Of a stretch of 64,000 nucleotides of DNA, positions 11,908-24,960 are shown in pieces. Below the pieces are notes generated by a model. It saw only the letters and a list, made by a program, of their open reading frames with translations. It had not been told where the DNA came from and made no database searches. Numbering within the stretch: position 1 is the stretch's first letter; each line of letters begins with the position of its first letter. A program made the translations under genes and the position numbers. The stretch covers positions 1 through 64,000 of the forward strand of contig NMRA01000817.1 in assembly GCA_002633005.1 (NCBI GenBank), given 5' to 3'. Source of the stretch: Phoronis australis (lineage: Eukaryota; Animalia; Phoronida).

Positions 11908-14900
11908 CTAGAAAGAGAATGGATTATCAGGCAAAGCTTAGTCTTTGCACAGCGCCATTACAAGCCGTGTGCTTTGACGCCTACATCGACAGCGAAAACG
12001 ATCAACCGGTGGTTTTTTCACACAGTCGAAAGAACAGAGTATTCTTTCAAGTTGAATTTCGCCCTGTTCGCTAGTTCACAACGGAAATCGTAAATTCGGT
12101 CTTTTAACAAACGTCATGAAATCAGTCTCCAATATTTTTTCCAGTGATTAATTCCACTTCCGTAACCATCTCAAGTCACTGACAATGCTTACATCCGCCA
12201 ATAACGTTGGCCAATCTCAATAAACTTTGAAGCGTTTTCTCGGCTCGCTTGACGCTTTTGTTCGTAACGGAAGCGGCTGGTCGAAATGCAGCTTTAACTA
12301 CTTCGTAACGGCAATGAGTGCCGACCAGTCAACTACCTGCGTTAATCCCGACGACCTAATATGTGATAGAACACTGCAGTAGGCCGCCATTCCGTCGAAT
12401 AAAGTAATTTTTGGTTTGAAAGATTGGTCTTAACTTCTTACTCACTGAAATGAGAGGTGACATCTTCAGTGGTCTTGCAAAAAACTGTCAGTAACTTATT
12501 GTTAGAGACAATGTTCGGTGATTAAAATGGCACACTTTGACAAGTCAACTCGTGGTTCTTGGTCTTAAGCAATATTAACGAACTACCAGCTCATTCCACG
12601 CCTAGAATCACATCTATTCCGCATGCGTGCACCCAGCCTTCAATGTGGGGGGCTCGAATTCCTGACGTTGTGGACCTTTTGGTGACAAAAAAGCTGGCGG
12701 ACTAAAAACAAACGGGGGCACCACTGTGAATTGCGTGTTTGTGCTTCTTTAGTGGACTTTTGTCTCATTTTCTCGGACTTTTTGTTTCTCAGAGGCGGAC
12801 CTTTTTGCCCACTTCGGCAAATNCCCCCCCGCCCCCTGGGTGCGCGCATGTCCCGACAACGGAACAATTTGGGACACTTTTCATAACGATAAATCAGTGG
12901 TCTTCAGGTCACGTGATGTGGCCAATAGGTGGCGAGCAGACCAGACTTAAAATGTATGTCTAAAACAAAATGGCACAGGTTCATTGCACCTTTAATATGT
13001 ACATAGCTTCATCAAACCAATTAAACTCAAACCATCGTGCTATCCTGGCTTACGAAATGACTTCAGTTTTCAAACGCAATCATAAGTTAAGGCCAAAAAC
13101 GCAACTGATTAGTTCTGGGTAGAGTTCAGTAACCCTAGGATCTCGCGAAAAAGCAAGAGTTCCCGAGATTACGTGAGATATTGCACCATATTTCAAATGA
13201 CATGTGATTTTCGCCAGATTTTTGCGAGGTCCTAGCTTAGCTAAACTCTACTCGGGTCAACATTTTTCGAAAATTGAGTGGGAAATTCAGCGGTAATAAG
13301 CAAAATTATGCGGAATGTTTTTGTTTCGTACTCATCGTTTGACAAATCATGGTGTTTCGTTTCGTACTTATCAGTACTCTTGTGCCTTGTGCAGCTTTTC
13401 AAAAAACGATACCTCTTTCTCTAATTGTCTCAGAATAAGTGGAGTTAGACACGAAAATCAATTTTACATATGTTTGGCCTCAGTAATATAGAATCGTCTA
13501 GCTTTTTATTTCACGGGGCAATACCGAGGACAAGAACAGTGTACGTTCTAATGTTTCCCTCACTTATTCTGAAGATGATCAACTGATACTTTATTTTTTG
13601 TTGCTCCAAGTATATTTTACGTAATCAGTTAATTAGGCCAAATTGAGTGTAATATAATTCCGAGGGGAACCCCACACCTTTGCATTGTAGTATTGTTCAA
13701 AATCTATTCAGGATTTTTTTGCCTAGTGGACAGTTTCAAAACAAGGGGTGTTATGGATAAGAATCAAACCATAAGCAAACGACAGACCCATCGATAGTAG
13801 CGACTATCGTCGGCCAATAAACAACGCCGTATATATACTTACTGGGTTTGGTCATGCGTCTTAGCTCCAGCAAGCAATCTGGTTTCATGTGATTTTGGCC
13901 GAAAGCGCCACACAGTGTCAACACATCGTATTTATCTGGAAATGCGAACAGGGTTATCGTGAACAGGTCTGCTGATTTTGCTCGTTGTTTCAAGGAATAC
14001 TTCACCCGGTTTTGACATTTCAAAAGAAATTGACTGACGACTGTGCCAGCCAGTCCCCTAAAATAACTAATGGTCTGTAATTCTCCTTTGGAGCAAATTC
14101 GGAAAATCCTCACAAATTTTCTAAACCGGCTCAGTTGCGTGACACTCGCTTTAGCACGACTTCAAACTTTCATTGGAACACAATATCATCAAGAAAAAGT
14201 CCACTCCTCAATGATTTTGAATTGTCTGTCAACACAATATCTTGATGTGATAGCCATTTCTCAAATTTGTAATTCGAGCCTTCGTTCGTTTAATTTAAAC
14301 TCCCGGATCGTACCACTCCTTTAGTTGCACGTATTTCTGCCCTTAGAAAAAACATCGGTATGATGAATGTTAGTGAACGGACTTTTTCCCAATCAATGTA
14401 CCTTTTTACCAAAAACGCAAGGCCACGTGTCCATGGGAATGGCGTGGAATCAAATCTGGCGAAAGCTGGGTCCAGGGAACAGCTTAAAAACAGGAAAAAG
14501 CAGTTCCAGAAGTGGGCGTTTTAATGTTTCTATAGATTGACAAGAAGTTTGACAGGTAGTGCCATCATGAGGCAACCTCTGTGCTTGAGACCAACCTGAG
14601 CTAATTTTGGACTGAAGCAATGAACTAGCAAAAGAAATGGAAACATCAAGACACTACTCTTCTAATGACCGCCTCATGTTTGGCTGCCATGGCAAACAGA
14701 GCAATGATTATTCCGAGTCCGACCGGCGCCAATTCAAAAAGTACATGTACAGGTTTCAGCACAATGTGTGTAATTAAAACTCCAACACCTTGACTGTGCT
14801 GCTGGATCAACGCATTTTATTAAGGACATTCTCATTTAAAGAGCGCCCATAATTTTGTGGAACCCTGTAAATTTTAGCACTATTTCCAATTATATTAACT

Positions 14901-17860
14901 ACAGATCTGAACAAGTCAAATCGAGAAATGAGCGTTTAATTTTTTATACTTCATTGACGTCCTTCACCTAGAGCCGTTTTCACTTACTGTCCTCAATACC
15001 CTGCGTACCCTCGGCCGTCACAAAGGACACGATGGTTCGTTGGTAACACCCTCTGCGTTCAGCAATTTTCAACATCTTTGGACTGGGGTCGAGACCGTCC
15101 ACGTTCGTAAAACCACGTTTGCCCAACTAAACATACAAAGCAGAAATTATGAACGCGCAAGTAAAAACATTGACGTTACATACGCTTACTGCAACAATTA
15201 AACATCGCATAATTCTAGTTAATAAATGAAATATCGACAACTTAAAAACAGTCAGCGGTGCAGCTCCAATGGTCTTTTATGAAAGTAAAATCAGAAAGTT
15301 GGTCTTGTGCTCCACGCAACCATTTCAGAAAAATATTTAAATCTCTTTTGACCAAAAGTCCAAAGTTTCTGAGAATGTACTGTACACCAGACAACTGCAC
15401 TGTATGACGTCTCGTCCACATGTACCCAGTACCGGATTAAGCATTCCCTGGGGTTCTGGGCTGTACTAAATTGTTGGGATCACTCTGCTGAGCCCGATCC
15501 CTTGTAGTCATATTTTTAACTCGTTGCCCTGGACACGACCTTCTTAGCCAGAATTACCCCTGCCTCTGCTGCATGGTCGCCCATCTTTACTCAGGTACAC
15601 AGAGGCATGTAGGGTCGCCATGGATACAAAGCTGTAACTTAGCTTGACTGAAAATACGGCACTGCGTGTACCCACTAATCAGGTTCTTAAAGCTTAAAAC
15701 AAAATGGTAAAAACAGATTTGTGCAGCTACGTAAGGTTCTCAAAGCCGGCGAAATTTGAATGGTGAAATAAGGCCTGAAAGAATCCACAAGTTCCAGTGA
15801 AGACCGATTCAGTGTTGTTGTCTCGAGTGTACTACATGTATATTTGTTTCGGCTATTGGGTAGACTGTTCTCAGGTACAGTGTAGTGTCGGACAGTGTTC
15901 TGCAGTTGACAGCAAAATACTTAGAGAGAGTTAAGAGCCCTCTGTTGAAATGGCTGGTACTTCATTCCCAACGCAAAATCAAACATGATTGGCACTACAG
16001 AAGTTATTGGCTTCACCTCAACACCGCTGAGCCCTGTTCCGGCTCCGCAATCCAGAATGCTGACATCTTTTTCTTGACCTTTTAGCTTCAGGAGCTCGTC
16101 AGCTACATAAAACGCTTGTTTGTAGTTGACTTCTGGTGAAAGCACATCCTATAATAGTTAAAAAAATGAAATTATTGGTGTCACCCGAGTGGATCGGGGG
16201 CGGACTGATGAAACGAAAGATTAAAAATTAAAATCCATACAACAAACTTGAAGAAAATAAAGCAATAGCCAATATTTTTGTAATGTCGTCCGTGCGACAA
16301 CCTGCTAGTCCTCGACAGGTTATCCTTCCCACCCACCGCCCACCACTGATAACGCGGGGTTCGATGATGTGTGAAACTTTCAAAAGAAGACAGGAAGACG
16401 CTTGATCAGTTCTAAGACAACCCAGCCGCAAAATCGAACGTGCCCGAAGGTGCTCTTTAGTCGAGTAACCGGCACAATACTAACGAGCAAACTGCACATA
16501 TTCTGGCCAGTCGCTTGCTATCACCATGGGCGCACGGTGCCATATGTATGCAATTAGTACACACAGGGCACCGTTATGTGCAGCTAACCTGCGCCTACAT
16601 ATGGAACTATGCGCATGTGGTTACATGCGCCTACATATGGCTACATGCGAAAAAATGGAGCAAAAACTAAGGAGCATTTTTACAAAGGAATTTGCTTTGA
16701 ATAGTAATTCCATACAGTCATATCATTTTAATGATTTGAGTGAAAGCTGACATCTCCGTCCTCCCACCTATAGAACGAATGATATATGTTGATTTGTGGC
16801 CAGTTCGACAAGTTCATCCGTTTAAATGAAACCTACAAATAAAAAGATGAAAGACATTCACAGGAAACACCCAATTTATACAAACGCATATAAACTTCTA
16901 AAAAGTAACTTCCGTTCCAGTTTTTCCATGTTTAACATATATAAAAACCAACCACGTGACGTATATACTTAAGACAGATCACGTTTCAGAAGTTCATTGT
17001 AATGTGAAAGAAAACAGCTGGATTCTACTCTCTGATAACTCGTGAGACAGTCTGACACTGAGTGACTCTCGGCTACACCGTAACCAACTACATGATGCAC
17101 CTGATCATTCTCGGCTGTCTTGTTTAATCTATGCCTTCCACGACAGTGGTAGTGGCCTTTTGGTCTCATTTCATTTCTACCTACACATACAATTAATTAT
17201 CAGCCAAATATATGTAGACGTCAAAGTAAGTTGATCGTGGACAAATATAGAACGAATTGAGAGAGTGTTTAAGAAACCGGTTAACAGAGGTTACTGTCAA
17301 GTTTTCAATTGTACTTTTAGATGGCCGGGTTGAAAGCAAATAGTAAAATATCATGTAATGATGTAATGGCCAAAACAACAGTTCGCTGCACAGTCCTCAT
17401 TGATGTTCGTGAAATTTGTTAACGAAACTTGTAGACAATGTAGGACGTAGCACTGAGTAGTTAGCTAATTATAAGTCATTACCCAACAAGACTGACGCTT
17501 GGTTGGTATATCTCAAGAGCAGCAGCTGCCAAGAGCTGAGCTGTTACGTACGATTCACAAGAATAGGCGGGATTCAAGACAAAATCCGGGTGGTACGATT
17601 TGTTACGTTGCATTCGAATTTCCGCGTGGGAAGCCGCCTGACTACATGTATGTCACAAGCAAGGTTGTTCTACAGCTGGGTTCCACTAACACAAGGGCGA
17701 CTTGTGAGTTATTCTCCGTAGTCTACTACGTACGCACCTGATCATACTGAGTTGACCAATCATCGTAAAAAGTAGCGGCGTTCCAGTCTCCTTTTTGTTG
17801 ATTGGCAACTGCTAAGCGCTCCGCCGTCGTCAATAAACTAGACCCATCCACTCCAGACAT
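11723..17860 (-). CDS. METTL27: Methyltransferase-like 27 (WBSCR27)-like class I SAM-dependent methyltransferase, 223 aa; complement(join(11723..11907,13843..13935,14988..15126,16017..16148,17738..17860))
   Basis: Five GT-AG exons totalling 672 nt in frame. N-terminal FYDDWSTQYDQD motif typical of METTL27; SAM motif I ILDCGAGTG; post-I VDGLDPSPKML; motif II NKYDVLTLCGAF; motif III LRRMTKPNGYIVI. May be one of several paralogs. Confidence 0.9.
12622..12850. mobile_element. MITE family A, copy 1 (TIR CATGCGCGCACCCAG, about 230 bp)
   Basis: CATGCGTGCACCCAG…CTGGGTGCGCGCATG; flanks TTCCG/TCCCG (4/5); internal sequence shared with the copies at 18411 and 43581. Confidence 0.85.
13087..13481. mobile_element. 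Probable non-autonomous DNA transposon (GGCCAAA…TTTGGCC ends, internal foldback)
   Basis: TAA-GGCCAAAAAC…GTTTGGCC-TCA ends; internal imperfect inverted repeat of about 35 bp (13116-13152 vs 13219-13255). PIF/Harbinger-like is a guess. Confidence 0.4.
13843..13935 (-). CDS. METTL27: METTL27-like exon 4 (KYDVLTLCGAFGQNHMKPDCLLELRRMTKP)
   Basis: 93 nt, tttccAG acceptor, GTAAGT donor, phase 1 to 1. Confidence 0.92.
14988..15126 (-). CDS. METTL27: METTL27-like exon 3 (LGKRGFTNVDGLDPSPKMLKIAERRGCYQR…GIED)
   Basis: 139 nt, GTAAGT donor, phase 0 to 1. Confidence 0.92.
16017..16148 (-). CDS. METTL27: METTL27-like exon 2 (DVLSPEV…ILDCGAGTGLSGVE)
   Basis: 132 nt, AG/GT flanked, contains SAM-binding motif I. 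Confidence 0.92.
17738..17860 (-). CDS. METTL27: METTL27-like coding exon 1 (MSGVDGSSLLTTAERLAVANQQKGDWNAATFYDDWSTQYDQ)
   Basis: ATG at 17860 in ACC-ATG context; donor CAG|GTGCGT; 123 nt. Confidence 0.88.
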
Positions 17861-18410
17861 GGTCGATCGCCGGGTGATAGAATGATTCGATGAGGTTTGA
17901 AGGTCGGTGGCCGCAATGTGATAACGTCATGGCCGATAGATGGGGCCACAGGTTGCCTCGATAGCTGGCATGCAGGTAGCGAGTCGGGACGGACGTGACG
18001 ACTGCCACACTGGTGTATGTCTCAGTGAACACATCACTGGACTCGCCTCTTTCAGTTTCGCAGAAAACTTTATGAACAAAATAAAAAGGTGTGAGTGATT
18101 TCTCACATCCAAAATCACTAGACATGACGTCAGAAACTAATATTCTGTCTCATCTGCATGGCTATTTTACTAATTCCGGCGGCCACTGACTCCGCCGGGC
18201 AACTAAAGTCGGGACGGCGGATAAGCGTATACATGTACATGTACATGTACATGCTCGTGAACGAGTGTTCAGTCTTGGCTTGCACTTAATGACCCCAGAA
18301 TTAATGCTAGAAGCTCTGATCTGAGCTCAAATTTTCGAGTTTTTACTTGAACACTGGAAATTAGCTCGCGGGCTATGCAAAACTAGTCATGCAGCGGAAA
18401 ATGAACATTG

Positions 18411-18638
18411 CATGCGCGCACCCAGCTTTTATGGGGGGTGAGCTCGAATCCCTGACCAAGTGGACCTTTTGCCGAGCGGGAGAACTAAAAAGGGGGTACC
18501 ACCTTCAGGTCTGTGAACTGTGCGTCTCAGTGCGCCTTTAGCAGTGGACTTTTCAGTGTCTCGTTTTCTCGGACTCTCTCTGAGGCGTACCTTTTTACCC
18601 ACGTTCGCCAAATGGGGGGGGGNCTGGGTGCGCGCATG
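18411..18638. mobile_element. MITE family A, copy 2
   Basis: CATGCGCGCACCCAG…CTGGGTGCGCGCATG perfect 15-bp TIR; flanks CATTG/GATTG (4/5). Confidence 0.85.
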
Positions 18639-21159
18639 GATTGTTCACACAAATGAATTGGATTTCAAGACCCCGGTGGGAGACCGCGGGTCTAAAGTTT
18701 TCTCAGTACGTACATGTACATTCTAGTAATTATGTGGTGGTTCACTAGTCTGGCCGGAGATTCCTTTAATTGTTCGAAAGCTACTTGAAGTCGCAGCACT
18801 GGAGTATATCTTTGGTCGCTGAGGTCAGGCTGCGGAATACTTAAAACAAGTCGTGATATTGGCAATTGGCGGCAATGGTGAAAACGTCCGCCACAATGAC
18901 ACCCAGACCAATGTCTCGACGGCGTTTTATTTATCTTAGAACAGAGCCGTGCCTGTCAGGAATAGAACGAGGAATAAAGGGTAGATTTTGTTAGAAGAAT
19001 GGTTGGTTAAATGTAAACATCTTCGTATTTCAAAACACGGGACATTCCGATGCGGAAAGCTTCAACAATTAAGAGGGGCAGGTCCGAAAGTGCGGGACAC
19101 TTAAGAAGCTAAGCCGTTGAATCTTGTCACTACAGGCCTCTATATACAACTGTAGTAGCATTACAGTTTGGCAAAAATACCAAAGTGATGACATTTGGTC
19201 AGAATTTAGTACAATACTTACTAAGATCAGAATCTTAAGTGTATTAAATTCAACGAACATTTCAAATGGACTCATATTGCTCTCATTTTCCGTAAACTAA
19301 ACCAAAATGTTCTACATGGTAAGTACATTGTGATCAGTGGGTAGAGTGGTAACAAATCACGTTCATAATCTGCGTGTATACGACTCACGTTACGACAGAA
19401 GCTGTGAGCCTGTGAAAGCACCGAAGCTCATTCAATGCACCAAATCCTCTTAGATTTTTTGGTTTATTTAACACTGACCTCGGCGTTGACTGCAAACGTA
19501 ATACAATAAATACCACACAATAATTTTTAACACAACACTACATAAATGGCAGATAGAAATATTTAAGTATATTACTAAAATATGACCGACAAAACTCTCA
19601 AGGTTCATAAAGCTATAAATAACTAAACACTAGACAAAAATTACGATGTCGGGATGATTCGAGAAAGTAATGTACTTTCTACTTCCATTAAGAGTCGTCT
19701 ATATTGTGCGTTTAATAACAGAAACATTGTAATAATACACGCATTTTAATGTTTTAATGTTATTTGTTTGTTTGTGTTATTAATATATTTACTCATATTG
19801 AAATAAAGTGCTTCAAATAATTCATTGCACAGACAAATCAGTAAAGATGAACATATGTTTATCAGGAATGCGTCAGATTCTTCGTTTAAAAGTTTGTGAA
19901 ATAAAAGTTGTTTACATTTTGCCGCTGCAGTTAGGTGAATACTATTAGGTTTTAGTCGAAGGCTGTTCCATTTTTTGACATCTGTGTAATGAATGGAGAC
20001 CTGGTCGACACTTTTGTTAACAACAGCAGGGGTAGTTTCATCTGATAAAGAACCACTGAGAGGTATTTTGGCTTTTAGTTGAAGTCTGTGGGTAGCAATA
20101 GAACCATGTTATAAGGGACACGTATTTTAATGTGAAACACGGATTACATTCAGTTGCGGCAATAAATTTACTCTCAACAACTCGGTTGGTCCAATATGGG
20201 ATTCTAATTGCTGAATAAGGAGCTATCAAAAAAGAAAATAACTTTTGACATCCTTGTAATTCAGTTACTCTAGTGGAAGAAATTAAACCACTCACTAGTG
20301 TTCCAGGCACAACAGCCGTAGTCAAAATGACATGATAAGAGCAATCCAGCACAACACTGGGATATGGATCCTACACTGATTGTTATGAGGCCGGTTGATA
20401 CGCCCGGAGCAACGTTACATGATGTAAATGAATTTCAATCTGGTATTTGCCATTGGATTCCGAAGTGTCACAGACTGACCAACGGACAGTCCAGCTCAAC
20501 AGACGTCAGGTGACCTTGTCGAATCGTGTGTGTATTTGGACGAATATCTACAAAACTAGACTAAGTATATTTTTATTTCAGTAAAGTATATATCTTGTGA
20601 AAGTAGAAAGCTTGTTGATCTGTCATCAGTTGAGTCTTAATCTCGGCCAAACAGATGATTCAAGTTCAGTAAGATGGCCCAATTTCATTTTATATGAACG
20701 TTCAAGACGACGAAAAACTTAAAAAGCTGTTACGGTTTTATAAATTACCATCTCAATTTTGAAAGATACAAATTTCGATATTTTTATTCAAAATCATATG
20801 GCACCTTATGCAAAAGTGGACTATTAATAAAATCCTATAATAGTGCCGCCAAAGTGAAAAGCATGATATCTAATAAAATTTTATAACAGAACCAATCCAG
20901 TAATTTTTGAAATATGATGTTACGATATTTGCTAAATTTGGATATTTTCTAGGGTTCTGGATAACTTGCATGTTCTTTCTCTATATTTAATTTGACCAGT
21001 CAATTAGAATCATGTGCCACACGTGTTCCCACCATATTTTATGCAAATACCGGCTGCATCCGAGACTATTCAGCTCCGGTCTCGTCACCTGGTGACTGGT
21101 CAAAACGGATATTAGAGATTCACCTGGTTAACCTGGTTCCCGGGCCTCACAAGATGGCG

Positions 21160-22392
21160 TCACGAATAACTTCTCGTGGGTCTGTGTAGGAGACTAGCAC
21201 CCAACCAATCTCGTGGGTCCGTGCAGGAGACTAATTCTGGTCGAATTATCTCCACCTGTACATGTAAAAGTAATCTTGTAACACAGGCGCTTGAGTTTAG
21301 TTCTTCGGTTGCAAATGACCTTGACTCGATAGGCTCAGAAATTCGAGCGCCTGTGTCTGTAACATATGGCATGGAAAGTAATTCCAAGAGCCCATTTCTA
21401 CGTTTGGTATATTTTTTTTCTGAAATTCTCTTAGTTGGACTATTTTTGAGCGGACTCACGAAATGTTGATCAGTCCCACGACTTGTTGTTCATCAGCTCC
21501 AATTAAATGAGCTTCCTTGTAGACGAGTCGGTCTTGCTGTGCGTGAACTCGGAATCCTGCTCTCAAGATCCGATGCGTGAACTTGGAAATGAACACATAT
21601 TTGGGCAATCAGGTGAATTTTTTTGATCAGTGTAAAGAATTTTTGTTGTTATTGGACTTATGGTCACTCATTTTCTCCTTTACCGTAACTTGTGTCAAAG
21701 AATCGGGAATTTGTGATTGTGTAACGGGAATCGGTGGAGCACCGATCTACGTAATTTCTCAGTAAATTGTCGACTGTTCGTAGCTAGCCGATAAAATATT
21801 TGCAGCGTTGTGTACTTTTTTACTCGTTCGAATCGCATACGAGAGAACCATGGTGACAACTCATAGAGAGAGAAACAAGGGAGAAGTAGATAAATATACT
21901 GAGTTTATTATGCGCTAAATATAAAATACAAAGCTACACAAACTTACAACACATGATATCGCTAACTTGCGGCGTCGACTGGACAACGCAGCTTTGACTT
22001 ATAACACAAAGAATTTATAAACAAGAAGAACTCGCTGAAAAATGTCAAAGTCCAAATGTAAAAGGCCCAAACAGTTAGCTTGCTTGGTTGGGATTCCTTG
22101 CGGATAGAGTCGAGACCCGGCAGAATCTCTGAAGCCTTTAGCGTGAGCGGGCGGGCACATTTTTCTAGGCTTATTCGCACCGCGAATGTTCCAAATTACG
22201 CTAAAATAGGGGTCTCAAGATAAATGTAAAAACCAATCAAAATAGAACTAAAAATTTCGTCATCGCAAGTCCCATATAAAGAATTGACCATCTTACACCC
22301 CTTTAAATAAATAATCACACTCTAGCTTCTGGAACTAAACTGACGACTGGTCTTCACTCACGACTCCATCAATAGACAGCGCTCCCGTCACA
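21160..22392 (-). mobile_element. Probable LTR-retrotransposon fragment: LTR 21851-22392, PBS-like site and decayed gag-like 5' region
   Basis: On the minus strand it starts TGTGAC and ends GTCACCA (TG…CA), has AATAAA about 55 nt before the end, and is followed directly by TGGTTCTCTCG. Downstream are stop-interrupted basic ORF pieces (21160..21459). No second LTR or pol seen. Confidence 0.45.
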
Positions 22393-22880
22393 ATTGGTTG
22401 CAATTATTGATTGGTGACTAAAGATCGCCAATAGTTGAAAAAAGATAAGTTGAATTTTACATTATCTTATTAACATATAATTTGGTTTAGTGCAGTGCAA
22501 ATTTTTATCAACGTGAACGTGATTATTTGAGTGACCTTTACTGGTTTCCTCATGTTTTCCAAGTTCACGAATACGCGATCTTGAGATTAAGCAAGATTCC
22601 GAGTTCACGTGTAGTCTTTCATTGTGACTAGCCGGAGCCCCACCTAGTGTAAAGAAAATGCGCGGGCACATGGTCAACTTGTGACTGATACAAAGGTCGA
22701 TAGGGTCGATATTATGGCTGGCAATTTTATTAAGGTGGTATATCGATTGATTGTTTTTTAAGTTAAGAAACATCCAGTAATAGTCGGACTTGACGGTCAC
22801 TGGCGATCCCATGAGAGCTTATATTTCGATCTACCCTGACGCCTGTATGTAGGCCTACTCAGTAGGCTACTGATCGATGC

Positions 22881-22959
22881 CACAGGCGTCCTCAGCTTCT
22901 GATCGTCCCCAATACATATGTAGTGTATTGGGGACGATCAGAAGCTGAGGACGCCTGTG
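22881..22959. repeat. Perfect 36-bp inverted repeat with a 7-nt loop, inside a larger imperfect foldback (about 22813-23070)
   Basis: CACAGGCGTCCTCAGCTTCTGATCGTCCCCAATACA (22881-22916), loop TATGTAG, exact reverse complement at 22924-22959. Confidence 0.95.
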
Positions 22960-23385
22960 ACTGATACTACAGCCGATCAAGCATCGATCTGGTTACAATA
23001 CATATTCAAGTAGGATGTACACTATTAGTAGGCCTACTATACGAATGTTGTAACATCGAAATAAGCTCCCTTTTGATCCTCCATTTTGCTTTTACTTTTA
23101 GTGATCTTTAATGTTTCAGGGACGAATATCAGCTGCCTACCCTGATTTATTGAAACATCAAGTTGTAATTTCAGATTGGCGAAAACCGCCTGAGTAAGTT
23201 TTGCAGTTTGCCACTGAATGACATAGATTCCCTGGCTTTATATTAACTTGCTTTAAAATTCACTGATTTACCATCAAATTCTTTAGGCAGTGTCTCTACT
23301 GTTAAGCAGAGACGGTGGCCATCCCATTACGTTTTCATATTCCGGAAGCTTAATAGCTTTTCAATGAATTGACCTATCGCAAACT

Positions 23386-23477
23386 CCGCCCCCTTGCGTA
23401 TTGTCGACTAACAAACAATAAGTTTTATCCGGCAACACGTTGTTTGTCGGGTAAAATGGCGGCTTGGAAATGAAGGT
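23386..23477 (+). promoter_or_regulatory. Candidate HPRT promoter and first-exon region
   Basis: CCGCCC at 23386-23391 and YY1-type AAAATGGCGGC at 23453-23463, about 1.5 kb upstream of HPRT exon 2; possible donor ATG AAG|GTGTGT at 23475/23476. Confidence 0.4.
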
Positions 23478-24960
23478 GTGTCAAAAATGCTGCGTTCTAA
23501 ATGGTCAGTTAAGCCGTCACTCAAAATCCTGGTGATAGGTCAGTTATTGCCTCACACTGATTAAACCATCAAACTCAGGTTACTATAAGTACCTTTCGCA
23601 CGTAGAGGGACACCTTAGGAGGCTGTCGGTGTCTTTTCCAACTTGAACAATTACTCCCATATTTGAACTTCTTTCATTCAGTTGCCTAAATCGACAGCTG
23701 ATCATTTTTACACCGCGGGTATCGGGGTATGTTGTATGTATTAATAATAACATTGTTTGTGGCCAAAATATAAGTACGAACTTCAAAAGCAGCACATATG
23801 TAAACAACGGCACATTGATCGACATTTCGATTTATTGTCTGTAAACCATTCTCAAGACAAAAGTTGACAATAGTCCAGTCAATTGACACAAGCAGGCATC
23901 GATCAATATGTCGTTTGTGAAGTTCTTTAGGCTGTAAAGTGGCGCCACCTTGTATTTCCTCTCGTAACTTAGTGTTGCAATGTAAGTCACGTTATTGGGA
24001 CCTCGCTGCCTTTATTGATGTTGTTTCACTTCTATTGACTGGAACTATTGTAAATCACTTCATTGTTTACATATCCACTGATTTTAAAGTATGTTGTAAG
24101 TGTGGCGTAGAATTTCCGTTGACTGCTGGTTTGCTACTAGTGACTCATAAAGTCACAGCTGAGAGGTCAAGAACTTTGTTTATTTCATCGCACCTTTTAA
24201 GGGTGAAATATTTAAAAAATAATGACATGTGACACAGTTACTAACATGTTTATGAGCCATATATGCAAAACCAGCTCTCAATGCATTGAAAATCATCAGG
24301 TTGTAATTTGCGAACGATCCAAAATCCCAGGTTGCATTTTCAAAATTCACCTCACATTCATAAATTCCAGCTCCCGAAAATTTTCTGGCATTTTTACGCA
24401 CTGAAGTTGATTTTTAAGTCATCGAATAAATATTTAGGTTATGCTCTTACCTGCAACATTAAATGAATCTTAAATTTCAAGTCGTAGAATTGGGTTCTTA
24501 CGTGCATGCACAGCATTAGACTTACTGTTCTTCTGTTTGCCAAGTATCTGCCGACAAGTATAAAACTGGGCTCGCCTACGTTGCAAATTCCAAATCGCAT
24601 GTTGCAACTTGATATGAGCTGGCTAAAATCTCGGTTCACTTATGTAAAGCGCTGAAATCAGCCTTACAAGTGCCCTGTGGTAGCTTTTCTGCCCATAAGG
24701 GTTATTTGTAGTCTTCGCAGGTTACAGTTAAGTAATGACCTTGACAAGTTCAACTGTAAAATACAAACAAAAAGTGTGCTTTTCAAGTTTTGTTCATGTT
24801 ATTATGTTAGTATGGTATCATAAAATTTGTATTGCACATTGACAAATATCTAGCAGGCAATTGGACATGATCGCGTATGCCAGTTTTGTGGCAGAAACCT
24901 TAACAATGACATCATCAAGCCCCTGCAATACTTAACATTCAGAAGGGATTTTCCTTGCAG

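Noticed and set aside
18441-18456. tRNA B-box-like GCTCGAATCCC
   Set aside because: Internal to MITE family A; no cloverleaf or acceptor stem.
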